25,880 bases of DNA from a virus (taxonomy: Duplodnaviria; Caudoviricetes), in IMG/VR virus record IMGVR_UViG_3300025296_000113, positions 1-25,880 of that record; one strand, written 5' to 3'. How positions within the stretch are numbered: the first letter of the stretch is position 1; each line of letters opens with the position of its first letter. The translations under genes were made by a program, and so were the position numbers. A model generated the notes under the pieces. It saw nothing but the letters and a program-made list of their open reading frames with translations. It had not been told where the DNA came from and did no database searches. Of the stretch, positions 8,079 through 16,596 are shown piece by piece.

Positions 8079-9032
8079 ATGGCTATTAATAGAGCTAGTA
8101 TTGCCAAAGAACTACTCCCCGGTCTTAACGCCGTATTCGGTTTGGAGTACGGGGATGTAGATAATGAACATCGGGTGCTGTTTGAGGTTGAAAACTCTGA
8201 CCGTGCTTTTGAAGAGGAAGTACTCTTCACAGGTTTCGGAACAGCTCCGGTTAAAGGTGAAGGCGCTGCCGTCAGTTATGACAACGCTCGCGAGAGTTAC
8301 GTTGCACGTTATACCAACGAAACTGTTGCATTGGCGTTTGCTGTTACTGAAGAGGCGATGGAAGATAATCTGTATGACACGTTTGCCAAGCTTCGTGCCA
8401 AAGCCCTTGCTCGCGCAATGGCTAACACCAAGCAGGTTAAAGGTGCAGACATCTTCAATAATGGGTTCACTGACTTAGCCGTTTATCATGGCGGCGATGG
8501 TGTACCTCTTTTCAGTGCTGCACATCCAACAATTGGTGACGGAAATCAATCCAATACTCTTACTGGTGCTGACCTTTCGTATAGTGGTATAGAAACTGCT
8601 ATCACGACAGCACAGAAGATTAAGGATGACCGTGGCATTCTTGTTGGTGGCGCTGGGTCGTCTATTCATATTGCACCAGATAACTGGGCAGTAGCGAATT
8701 CGGTACTTAATTCGACTCTCGTTCCTTCCGCTGGAATAGTTGCAACGAATCAAAGTCTTGTAACTCCATCCGGTTGGAATGATGTGAACTCCATTCGCAG
8801 CATGAGTATGTTGCCGCAGGGTTCGCATATCAATCGTAGGTTTACGGATACCAACGCTTGGTTCATGAAGACTAATGTACCAAATGGAGCTAAGATGTTT
8901 AATCGTGTTCCATTACAAACTAAAATGGAACCTGACTTTGATACTGGTAATCTCCGGTTCAAGGCTCGTGAGCGGTTCAGCTTCGGCTGGTCTGACTGGC
9001 GTGGTTACTTAGGAAACGCAGGTTCGTCCTAA
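8079..9032 (+). CDS. major capsid protein (HK97 fold expected)
   Basis: MAINRASIAKELLPGLNAVFGLEY, SDRAFEEEV, FAVTEEAMEDNLY, GDGVPLFSAAHP, DFDTGNLRFKARERFSFGWSDWRG; followed by a strong terminator. Confidence 0.92.
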   Translation: MAINRASIAKELLPGLNAVFGLEYGDVDNEHRVLFEVENSDRAFEEEVLFTGFGTAPVKGEGAAVSYDNARESYVARYTNETVALAFAVTEEAMEDNLYDTFAKLRAKALARAMANTKQVKGADIFNNGFTDLAVYHGGDGVPLFSAAHPTIGDGNQSNTLTGADLSYSGIETAITTAQKIKDDRGILVGGAGSSIHIAPDNWAVANSVLNSTLVPSAGIVATNQSLVTPSGWNDVNSIRSMSMLPQGSHINRRFTDTNAWFMKTNVPNGAKMFNRVPLQTKMEPDFDTGNLRFKARERFSFGWSDWRGYLGNAGSS

Positions 9033-9037
9033 TGAGT

Positions 9038-9077
9038 AAAGTCGGGGGAGATTTCGGTCTCCTCCGATTTTCCCTTT
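9038..9077 (+). terminator. intrinsic terminator after the capsid gene
   Basis: 15-bp stem AAAGTCGGGGGAGAT / GTCTCCTCCGATTTT (with G-U pairs) closed by a TTCG loop at 9053-9056; T-rich 3' end. Confidence 0.85.
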
Positions 9078-9095
9078 ATGTAGAGGAAAATTAAT

Positions 9096-9437
9096 ATGCC
9101 GACAAATATTAAAACTGCAATGGTAGATGGTGGTGGAACCGGAAGTGGTCCTTTAGTGGATATTACAACTTCCACAACTTTGAATGCAGATGATGCTTTA
9201 AGTGCGACCACTCGTATTTTTGCTCTTTATACCGATGTTGCTGGTGAATATGTAATATCTGGTGACAAGCAGCAAGTAGCTAAAGGCGGTGCCAGTGCGT
9301 CTGCAGGTGTAGGAATTAAATTTAAGGCGGTTGCTGGTGCAGATATTTATCTGGGAGATTATGGGCCAAGAATGAGAGGGGTAGTAAGAGTTTCCGCTCC
9401 TTCCTCTTCGGCTGTTGCAACTATATTTTATGGGTAG
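9096..9437 (+). CDS. small beta-rich virion protein (113 aa)
   Basis: SD GAGGA; Gly/Ala/Ser/Thr-rich; ends ATIFYG; directly after the capsid gene. Confidence 0.75.
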   Translation: MPTNIKTAMVDGGGTGSGPLVDITTSTTLNADDALSATTRIFALYTDVAGEYVISGDKQQVAKGGASASAGVGIKFKAVAGADIYLGDYGPRMRGVVRVSAPSSSAVATIFYG

Positions 9438-9441
9438 TTAA

Positions 9442-10101
9442 ATGGCTGACTATACCTATCTGGTAACAGATATCAAGAATACAGCAGAAGACGATTCAAC
9501 TGAGTTTCTTGACCAGATTCCAAAGCTTGTCAATAAAGCTGAAAACAGGCTTATCAGGGAACTGGATGATGTTGGATTGAATTCATTTTCGTCTGTGGCT
9601 GTTTCCACATCGAATCCGTTTGTCTCTCTTCCGTCCGGTACTCGTATTATGCGGAATTTTAGTATTACGACTGGCGGTTCCAAGATAAATCTTTTACCAA
9701 GAACTGTAGAATTTATTAATGATTATTGGCCCTATGTGAGTTCCTCCATAGGAGAGCCGCGCTATTATGGTATGCGTACCAATACCCAGATTGTTATTGC
9801 GCCAACACCAGCATCTGTGCATGATGGTGAAGTTTATTATGTATCCCGTCCAACTACTCTAAGTTCTGCTGCCCCCAATAATTATTTCAGTGACTTCTGT
9901 TACGATGCTTTATTCTATGCGTCGATGATAGAGGCTTCCTTTTTTACGAAAAGTTTTGATACTATTGCGATGTGGCAGTCAGAATATACAACAGCTATTG
10001 ATGGCCTGCGTAATCAGGCACGTAGAACCCGTCAGGATGATATGGCACAGGCTGCAAGTCCTGCTGGCAGTGCGGATACATTGGTTCAGGGAAGTAGTTA
10101 G
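9442..10101 (+). CDS. head-tail adaptor / tail tubular protein A-like, copy 1
   Basis: Helical N-terminus (YLVTDIKN...AENRLIREL), GEPRYYG, IAPTP, DALFYASMIEA; position after the capsid gene. Confidence 0.7.
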   Translation: MADYTYLVTDIKNTAEDDSTEFLDQIPKLVNKAENRLIRELDDVGLNSFSSVAVSTSNPFVSLPSGTRIMRNFSITTGGSKINLLPRTVEFINDYWPYVSSSIGEPRYYGMRTNTQIVIAPTPASVHDGEVYYVSRPTTLSSAAPNNYFSDFCYDALFYASMIEASFFTKSFDTIAMWQSEYTTAIDGLRNQARRTRQDDMAQAASPAGSADTLVQGSS

Positions 10102-10289
10102 TGAGTCTTTATTTAAGAAAACCACAATATGAATATAAAGGAATGGTATTATATTGGGGAAAAGGTATACCTTTAGTATTTAGTTCAGCAAAGGAAAAAC
10201 AAGATGACCATTACCAGAGCGAGTATAGGAAAGGAAATCCAGATGTCCAAGGGAAGCAAACCAAAATTAGGGAGCGGAAAGAGATTTAA
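10101..10289 (+). CDS. possible small hypothetical protein (62 aa)
   Basis: GTG overlaps the preceding TAG and fills a 100-nt gap, but overlaps the next gene by 86 nt. Confidence 0.35.
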   Translation: MSLYLRKPQYEYKGMVLYWGKGIPLVFSSAKEKQDDHYQSEYRKGNPDVQGKQTKIRERKEI

Positions 10290-10455
10290 AGCACTAAAGA
10301 AGAAGACAGGTAGTGCTGCTCTGGCTGCATGGATTGGGCGAAAGAAATATGGTAAAAAGAAATTTGCTGCACTTTCCCGTAAAGGTAGAGCTAAAGCTGC
10401 TCATGGTGGTTTGGTACGTGAAAGAGTTCGCCTAGCTATGGAAGGACAAAGCTAA
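10204..10455 (+). CDS. small basic protein (83 aa) with capsid-like N-terminus
   Basis: SD AAGGA; PKLGSGKRFKAL...AALAAWIGRKKYGKKKF; begins MTITRASIGKEI. Confidence 0.8.
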   Translation: MTITRASIGKEIQMSKGSKPKLGSGKRFKALKKKTGSAALAAWIGRKKYGKKKFAALSRKGRAKAAHGGLVRERVRLAMEGQS

Positions 10456-11447
10456 TGGCTGATAAAAAAGGTATGCCCTATCCGCGAAAAGACAAAACTG
10501 ATTGGAAAAATAAAACACCAGCACAAAAAGTAGCGTTTGAAAAGAAAAAAAGAATACGCAGAGCATTAGAGACTGGAGGTATGGACTTTCCTACTGATAT
10601 TAAACCTACTGATAAAAGAAAGTATAGGAAAGTTAAAACAGGTTTAGGGACATCCACTACTATTAAGCGTATGACTGGTGGGGTTGGTCATAAAACTACT
10701 AAGGGAACTTCAGTCCAAGATATTGAAAGAATGAGAAAAGATTGGGAAGAAGCTCCTATGGAAGGTACTCCCGGTCCCTATAATCCTCAAAAGATGCGTC
10801 TTAAAAAGAAGAAGAAGAAAGATGCTTCTGTAACAATAAAAAAACTTCCTCCTTCTCGTAAGCAAGCAATGTCTGCAGCTGAACGTAAAAAATTAATAGG
10901 CATGGGAGTTCATCCCGGTGATATTGAATACACATTAGAAACTAGAAAGTATCGCAAAAAGCCCAAGACAGGGGCTGGTATGGATGTTCCTGATACTCCT
11001 GTACCCCGTAAAAGTAAAAAGTCTGGTGGAACTGTCAAGAAGCAAACAGGTGGAATAGCATCACGAGCAAAAAAATCTCCAGCAACAGGTGCTGGTATGG
11101 ACTTTCCTACTAAGATAAATAAGTCAGGTAAGGGTATAAAGGCTAGAAACAAACTTTATACTGGTGCTCGTAAATCCAGAACTGCCAAGTCTTCACCTAG
11201 TTGGTATTTCTCCCCATCACTAAAGGAGCAACTTGGGTGGGATGAACCCGCTTTTAGGGATTGGCGGGAAAAGTATTTTACTCCTGCTTCTGAAACAAAG
11301 GCAACAATAAGAAAAGGTAAGCAGCGAGAAAAAGATAGAGCTGCTAAACAAACCCCTGCCACTCAAGCTAAAAAGGGTGGAGCATTGGGAACGGGAGCTG
11401 CATTAAGAGGCTTTGGTAGAGGTTACAAAAAAGGTGGAACCATTTAG
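10455..11447 (+). CDS. K/R-rich low-complexity protein (330 aa) with xxGG and TGxGMDxP repeats
   Basis: TAATG coupling; strongly basic; ends KKGGALGTGAALRGFGRGYKKGGTI. Confidence 0.8.
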   Translation: MADKKGMPYPRKDKTDWKNKTPAQKVAFEKKKRIRRALETGGMDFPTDIKPTDKRKYRKVKTGLGTSTTIKRMTGGVGHKTTKGTSVQDIERMRKDWEEAPMEGTPGPYNPQKMRLKKKKKKDASVTIKKLPPSRKQAMSAAERKKLIGMGVHPGDIEYTLETRKYRKKPKTGAGMDVPDTPVPRKSKKSGGTVKKQTGGIASRAKKSPATGAGMDFPTKINKSGKGIKARNKLYTGARKSRTAKSSPSWYFSPSLKEQLGWDEPAFRDWREKYFTPASETKATIRKGKQREKDRAAKQTPATQAKKGGALGTGAALRGFGRGYKKGGTI

Positions 11448-11461
11448 AGGAGATAAAGATT

Positions 11462-11905
11462 ATGGCTAAGAGTAAGAAATCAGGTGGGACAATTAAAAAA
11501 CAGGTTGGTGGTTTTCCAATGAGTCGTGTGGGATTGTCTCCTGCTGAAGAAACTAGGGCTGGTGTTTTACCTGAAAGGGAACGCCGCAGGTTTACTAAAA
11601 AGGGCGGTAGTGTAAAGCGTAAGGCTGGTGGTACTGTCAAGAAACAGGTTGGCGGTCTGACACAAGGTTATAATGCACGTCTGGACGAATCTCTAGGTGC
11701 TCGTAATCGTGGTGTTACCGGAAATCTTGCAGCTCGTAGAGCTGAGAGTGAAGGTATGGAACGTGCTCTTGGTCGTGGTCCTTATTCTGGTGCGCGTACA
11801 ATGGCAAAGAAGGGTGGTTCAGTAAAGCGCAAGAAGGGCGGTACTGCTTCCCACAAGAGCGGTGGTAAAATCATGGTGGGCTATAAGGCTGGCGGAAGAG
11901 TCTAG
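11462..11905 (+). CDS. basic xxGG-repeat protein (147 aa)
   Basis: SD GAGGAG; nine xxGG motifs (KSGG, QVGG, KKGG, KAGG, QVGG, KKGG, KKGG, KSGG, KAGG); QGYNARLDESLG. Confidence 0.85.
   Translation: MAKSKKSGGTIKKQVGGFPMSRVGLSPAEETRAGVLPERERRRFTKKGGSVKRKAGGTVKKQVGGLTQGYNARLDESLGARNRGVTGNLAARRAESEGMERALGRGPYSGARTMAKKGGSVKRKKGGTASHKSGGKIMVGYKAGGRV
11807..11905 (+). repeat. 99-nt imperfect direct repeat, copy 1 (shared C-terminal 32 aa)
   Basis: Encodes KKGGSVKRKKGGTASHKSGGKIMVGYKAGGRV-stop. Confidence 0.9.
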
Positions 11906-11915
11906 GAGATTAATC

Positions 11916-12182
11916 ATGGCTGGTAAAAGAAGTTCAAGAGAATGGTCGGAAATGTCTGATAGTGCAGCAGCAAAAAAACTTAAAATGAGTTTAGAAGATT
12001 TTTATGATTTGATGGGTAAGGATGAAGATGTTCTAAAAACGTATGAAAAGATTGGTGGTGTTGTTCCACGTAAATATGATAAGAAGAAGGGTGGTTCTGT
12101 AAAGCGCAAGAAGGGCGGTACTGCTTCTCGTAAATCTGGTGGTAAAATAATGCAAGGCTATAAAGCTGGAGGGAGAGTCTAA
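11916..12182 (+). CDS. xxGG-repeat protein (88 aa)
   Basis: SD AGGAG 11904-11908, ATG 11916 (track start 11862 is over-extended); shares its C-terminal module with the previous gene. Confidence 0.85.
   Translation: MAGKRSSREWSEMSDSAAAKKLKMSLEDFYDLMGKDEDVLKTYEKIGGVVPRKYDKKKGGSVKRKKGGTASRKSGGKIMQGYKAGGRV
12084..12182 (+). repeat. 99-nt imperfect direct repeat, copy 2
   Basis: Encodes KKGGSVKRKKGGTASRKSGGKIMQGYKAGGRV-stop; 30 of 32 aa identical to copy 1. Confidence 0.9.
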
Positions 12183-12379
12183 TGCCTATTTATGGAAATA
12201 CCATATATCCTTATACCAAGGAAGGCTATAAGGAATATAAGGAAGCACTGATTGCTGGAACTGGTAAACCTACCGGGCAGGGCTTCGGTGCTGCTCGTGA
12301 AGGACCATCCGTAGTCGGTCCAGAAACTGATGTTATTGTTGATTACGAACCCGGTAAAATCTACGAGTATAAAGACTGA
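12182..12379 (+). CDS. small hypothetical protein (65 aa)
   Basis: TAATG coupling; YPYTKEG and GQGFGAAREG motifs. Confidence 0.75.
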   Translation: MPIYGNTIYPYTKEGYKEYKEALIAGTGKPTGQGFGAAREGPSVVGPETDVIVDYEPGKIYEYKD

Positions 12380-12381
12380 GA

Positions 12382-12540
12382 ATGCCTCTTCAAAAAGGTT
12401 CTTCTCAGAAGACTATAAGTGCTAATATCAAGAAACTGTTAGAGGAAGGTTATCCTCAGAAGCAGGCGGTTGCAATTGCTCTGGAAAATGCACGGGATAC
12501 TGCTCGTGCTAAACGTAAAAAACGAAAGAAGCGTAGATAA
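12382..12540 (+). CDS. small basic protein (52 aa) with KQAVAIAL motif
   Basis: Not in the track; MPLQKGSSQKTISANIKKLLEEGYPQKQAVAIALENARDTARAKRKKRKKRR; its TAA overlaps the next ATG. The motif is familiar from phage small proteins. Confidence 0.85.
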   Translation: MPLQKGSSQKTISANIKKLLEEGYPQKQAVAIALENARDTARAKRKKRKKRR

Positions 12541-13214
12541 TGGCTGTTTCAGGTACATTTAACTTTAATCTGGACATAGACGAAGTTATACAGGAAGCTT
12601 CAGAAATGATAGGCGGTGAGCAACTTCTTGGTCACGAGCCTGCTTCTGCACGACGTTCCATTAATCTTATGCTCAAGGATTGGCAAAATCGTGGAATACT
12701 TCTCTGGACTACAGCAACGACAGCAGTTACTGTTTCTTCCAGTGTAACAAGTTATACATTAAGTGACCCCGTACTGGATGTTATGGAAGTGGTGATTAAT
12801 CGTGATGATATAGATTTAGCCCCCACACGTATAACTTATGAAGAATATCTCCTCATTCCACGTAAGGGCCAGACCGGACGAGCCAGCCAGTATTCTATCA
12901 AGAGAGACCGGGACAATATTTCTATCTCACTTTGGCCTATTCCAGAGAATTCCACTGACCTCATAAAACTGGAAACTATCAGTGCGTTGGAAGATGTGGA
13001 TAAATCGGCTATACAGAATGCTGATGTTCCCAAGAGATTTCTTCCTCCTCTTACTTGTGGATTGGCCTATTACATGTCAATGAAGCGTCCCGGTGTAGAC
13101 CCGAATAGAATTGTTATGTTGAAACAAAACTATGAAGAAGTACTAGGAAGAGCCTTTACAGAAGACAGACAAAGGGCAAGTTTGTTCTTGTTGCCCAGAC
13201 TAGGATATGTCTAA
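12540..13214 (+). CDS. head-tail adaptor / P22 gp4-like protein, copy 2
   Basis: IDEVIQEASE, SARRSINLMLKDWQNRG, GRASQY, LWPIP, DVPKRFLPPLTCGLAYY. Confidence 0.75.
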   Translation: MAVSGTFNFNLDIDEVIQEASEMIGGEQLLGHEPASARRSINLMLKDWQNRGILLWTTATTAVTVSSSVTSYTLSDPVLDVMEVVINRDDIDLAPTRITYEEYLLIPRKGQTGRASQYSIKRDRDNISISLWPIPENSTDLIKLETISALEDVDKSAIQNADVPKRFLPPLTCGLAYYMSMKRPGVDPNRIVMLKQNYEEVLGRAFTEDRQRASLFLLPRLGYV

Positions 13215-13490
13215 ATGGCTAGTAATAAAAATGCATTAGCAATGTGTGATACATGTGGGTTTGTCTATCCACATAGAGTGATGCGTTTAAATAGTTATGG
13301 TATGTTGGTATGTCCTACTGATTTTGATGGAGCATTTGATTTAAAGAATAGTCCATTGAATAAAATACCTGATGTGCGGGATAACCCGAATATTAGAAAT
13401 CCAAGACCGGATACAGGTGGTAGAACAGTTTACTGGAATACTGCTGTTACTAAATGGGAAAATACATTTTCAAGTTGGAATAACGCATGA
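13215..13490 (+). CDS. small Zn-ribbon-like neck-region protein (91 aa)
   Basis: CDTCG...VCPTD metal-ligand pattern, then NPRPD. Confidence 0.7.
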   Translation: MASNKNALAMCDTCGFVYPHRVMRLNSYGMLVCPTDFDGAFDLKNSPLNKIPDVRDNPNIRNPRPDTGGRTVYWNTAVTKWENTFSSWNNA

Positions 13491-14641
13491 CCGATTTTAC
13501 AGGCAAATTAATATCCAATACTTATAAACAGCTTCTTAAAGTTGCTGTTTCTACGAATGATGGTCTTGATTCGACAGTTCGGGTTATCGAAAGTGGAGAT
13601 GGTACGGATTCACCATTACAATTATCTGATGATACTCTTAATATTAATGGTACATTCCAGTTATTGGGAGTGGCTGTTACTGTCAATGCTAACCAGTTAA
13701 ATTTAGCAGGACAAGGAATTTTTACAAGAGTTTCTGCCAGTAGTGGTACATTCTTAGGAGCTGTTAGTGCAAATACTTATTATGGAGATGGTTCCAATCT
13801 TACAGGTGTAATAGCATCAGCGGAAACTGCTACCAATGTTAGTGGTGGTTATGCAGTTCTTACGTCTGCTCAAATATCTTCTAATATGTCTGTCACTGAC
13901 TTTGTAGCGGATACAGGTAGTTTTACTACTAAAGTTTCTGGTGTAGCTGGAGAATTTAGCGGAACTGTTAGTGCAGCTACCTTTGATGGAGCTTTAACTG
14001 GCAATGTCACTGGAGATATAGATGGTGCTAGTGGTAGTTTTAGTACAGGAATAAGTACAACAGATTTAGTAGCTGTTACAGGAAGTTTTACAACGAAAGT
14101 TTCTGGTGTAGCTGCAGAATTTAGTGGTACTGTTTCAGCTGGTTATTTTACTGGAGATGGTTCTAATTTAACTAATTTACCTTCAGCATCTACTTCTGTT
14201 GCTTCCTTTACGGTTAATCAGTTAACTGTAGTAACAGTAGCCTCTATTGCTTCACTGAATGTAGATACGAATATACTTCTTAAAGCACAAGGAGATTTAA
14301 GATTTGGTGATGCTGACTCATCACACTATGTAGCGTTTCAGGGAGATGGCACTATAGCCAGTAATATTACTTGGACTTTACCTAATGCTGATGGGGATGA
14401 AAATCAAAGTCTTATTACTGATGGTTCAGGAGCTTTATCTTGGGCTACAGGTGGAGGAGGTTATTTTAAGGGAGATAATGGAACAGTCGGGTCTTCGGCT
14501 GGTGATATTTTCCGTATTAATGAATTAGCCTTAGATGCCGATGTAACTATTGCTGCTACAGAAAATGCCAGTGCAACTGGACCACTTTCCGTAGCTGCTG
14601 GGGTTACGCTTCAAGTTGATGGTACATTAGTAATTATTTGA
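13487..14641 (+). CDS. tail fibre/appendage protein A (384 aa)
   Basis: Ser/Thr/Gly/Ala-rich; GDGSNLT twice; TWTLPNADG...LITDGSGALSW; C-terminal module ending DGTLVII. Confidence 0.8.
   Translation: MTDFTGKLISNTYKQLLKVAVSTNDGLDSTVRVIESGDGTDSPLQLSDDTLNINGTFQLLGVAVTVNANQLNLAGQGIFTRVSASSGTFLGAVSANTYYGDGSNLTGVIASAETATNVSGGYAVLTSAQISSNMSVTDFVADTGSFTTKVSGVAGEFSGTVSAATFDGALTGNVTGDIDGASGSFSTGISTTDLVAVTGSFTTKVSGVAAEFSGTVSAGYFTGDGSNLTNLPSASTSVASFTVNQLTVVTVASIASLNVDTNILLKAQGDLRFGDADSSHYVAFQGDGTIASNITWTLPNADGDENQSLITDGSGALSWATGGGGYFKGDNGTVGSSAGDIFRINELALDADVTIAATENASATGPLSVAAGVTLQVDGTLVII
13913..14143 (+). repeat. internal duplication in fibre A (TGSFTTKVSGVAxEFSGTVSA twice, 165 nt apart)
   Basis: Copies start at 13913 and 14078; they share AAAGTTTCTGGTGTAGCTG and AGAATTTAG. 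Confidence 0.85.
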
Positions 14642-14659
14642 TAAAGGAAAGAAAAAGCA

Positions 14660-15607
14660 ATGTCAACACTTAAAGCAGATACTCTAACAACCAAAAGTGA
14701 TAATACTAATATTTCTATCACAGGGGCGGGAACTGGCAAAGTAGCGTTAGGAGATGGGACACTTATTTTTCCAGACGCTGATGGTAGTGCTAATCAGCCT
14801 ATCATAACAAATGGTAGTGCTGCCTTATCCTTTGCTACGTTACCAATAGCTGGAGGTGGTACAGGAAGTACTTCTACTACTTACTGTAACTTAACTTCTA
14901 ATGTTACAGGAACTATGCCAGTAGCTAACGGTGGTACAGGAGCTACTACTTTAACGGCCAATTCAGCGTTGCTGGGAAATGGTACTTCTGCACTACAGGC
15001 AATTGCTCCCGGTAGTAGTGGTAATGTACTAACCTCAGACGGTTCAACTTGGGCTTCTGTAGCTGCCGCTGGTGGTGGTGCTTGGGGAGTAAAAGCAAGC
15101 GGAACTTTTAGTGGCGTGGCCGCTTTCGCTGTTACAGGTATCACTAAATATACAGAATTTTATTTTTTCAACTTTCATCGTGATTCTGGGAGTGGGAATG
15201 TTCAATTTAGAACATCTGGCGATAATGGAAGTTCATATGATTCTGGGTCAACTGATTACGATTATGTTCGTAATCAATTAGGTAGTGGTTCTACTAATCC
15301 TGAAGTTTTTAATAGTGGTTCGGGTCAAAGCAGCATAAATACACATGGTGCACCATATCCGACTGGTGATAGTTCGGATGCTTGGATTCATGTAAGATTA
15401 CCTAATCCAACCGCTCAACTGTGGAACATTCTTTTATGGGATATGTGGCACAATGATGCGGAAGATAGTTCTCCAATGTTTATTCGTAATGGCATCGGTC
15501 AGCGTCAAGGTGTTTACTCACCAGACGCCGATATAGATGCGATACAAGTGACGTTGACAGACGGCTCAAACATGAGCGGAAGTTATGTAGTAGTGGAGTT
15601 GGATTGA
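14660..15607 (+). CDS. tail fibre protein B (315 aa) with C-terminal receptor-binding-like domain
   Basis: SD AAGGA; MSTLKADTL N-terminus; LPIAGGGTG and MPVANGGTG fibre motifs; GNVLTSDGSTWAS. Confidence 0.8.
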   Translation: MSTLKADTLTTKSDNTNISITGAGTGKVALGDGTLIFPDADGSANQPIITNGSAALSFATLPIAGGGTGSTSTTYCNLTSNVTGTMPVANGGTGATTLTANSALLGNGTSALQAIAPGSSGNVLTSDGSTWASVAAAGGGAWGVKASGTFSGVAAFAVTGITKYTEFYFFNFHRDSGSGNVQFRTSGDNGSSYDSGSTDYDYVRNQLGSGSTNPEVFNSGSGQSSINTHGAPYPTGDSSDAWIHVRLPNPTAQLWNILLWDMWHNDAEDSSPMFIRNGIGQRQGVYSPDADIDAIQVTLTDGSNMSGSYVVVELD

Positions 15608-15882
15608 TGGCTCATTTGCAACATACTGTAAACTTAAAAACAAAAATTGCTGAAACTGCTGAGTTTAACGAATCTCAACAAACACAGCGTGATATAGATG
15701 AAGCGTCTTGGGCGGCGGGCGCTCCCGCTAGAGCAGCAGCAAAAGTTCAGAGCAATCGTCGCGCTGCCTATCAATCTGAAGCTGACCATCTGTACTTAGA
15801 AGAAGAACGTGGGGAAATTCCAGCAGGAACTTGGCTTTCCAAAGTTAATGAAATTAAAACTAGATATCCAAAATCGGAGTAA
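15607..15882 (+). CDS. tail fibre assembly chaperone-like protein (91 aa)
   Basis: TGATG coupling; RRAAY...D.LY...W...V..IK.RYPK pattern; follows a fibre gene. Confidence 0.7.
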   Translation: MAHLQHTVNLKTKIAETAEFNESQQTQRDIDEASWAAGAPARAAAKVQSNRRAAYQSEADHLYLEEERGEIPAGTWLSKVNEIKTRYPKSE

Positions 15883-15888
15883 ATAAAA

Positions 15889-16596
15889 ATGGGAACACTT
15901 AGAGCGGATATAATCGAAGCCGCGACAACAAATAGCACCACCACACTTCGTGGAAATGGGACCGGAACTGTTGCGATATCAGATGATACCGCTATAACCG
16001 GAAATTTAACCGCAACAGGTACAGTAGAACCTGCTGGCGATACAGCTGCCTCCGATAATGCTGCAATTGGCTATACAGCAACTGAAGGTTTGATTCTAAC
16101 AGGCCAAGGTTCGACTAACGATATAACTATTAAAAATGATGCTGATGCTGATGTTATTACGATTCCTACTGGGGCAACAGGGGTAGTTCTTGCTGGTTCT
16201 TTAACATTGGGAGGTGCTATCGCTGGCGCAGACAATCAAGTTGGTCGCGTTAATCTTATAGACTATGGCGAAGTAACAAACGCCATTGGTTCTACTGGCG
16301 GTGGGACACAGGATATTGACCTAGCTTTAGGCAATAATGTTGTAGCTACAGTTGATACAAGTGCTAACACTTTTACATTCAGCAACCCAACAGCCAGTGA
16401 TGAACTGTCTGGCTTTACTCTTTTCCTAACCAATGGAGGTTCACAAACCGTGAACTGGCCAGCTTCCGTAGATTGGGCCGGTGGCACGGCACCGACATTA
16501 ACTACCAGTGGCATCGATATCTTAGTTTTCATCACCACCGACGGCGGCTCCATATGGCACGGAATGGTTTCCAGTGCAGATAGTAAGTCTCCGTAA
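15889..16596 (+). CDS. tail appendage/linker protein C (235 aa)
   Basis: MGTLRADII N-terminus like protein B; C-terminal domain IDLALGN...FSNP...WPASVDWAGGTAPTLT...DILVF. Confidence 0.8.
   Translation: MGTLRADIIEAATTNSTTTLRGNGTGTVAISDDTAITGNLTATGTVEPAGDTAASDNAAIGYTATEGLILTGQGSTNDITIKNDADADVITIPTGATGVVLAGSLTLGGAIAGADNQVGRVNLIDYGEVTNAIGSTGGGTQDIDLALGNNVVATVDTSANTFTFSNPTASDELSGFTLFLTNGGSQTVNWPASVDWAGGTAPTLTTSGIDILVFITTDGGSIWHGMVSSADSKSP

Noticed and set aside
8990-9095. Capsid stop read-through or frameshift extension
   Set aside because: TAA is followed directly by in-frame TGA and a strong terminator; no slippery site is evident.
11462-12182. xxGG motif as a mimic of the ribosomal protein bL27 N-terminus (AHKKAGGS) or of the GroES mobile loop (TKGGI)
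   Set aside because: Similarity is limited to 4-5 low-complexity residues; the downstream bL27 RNGRDS and the GroES hydrophobic tripeptide are missing.
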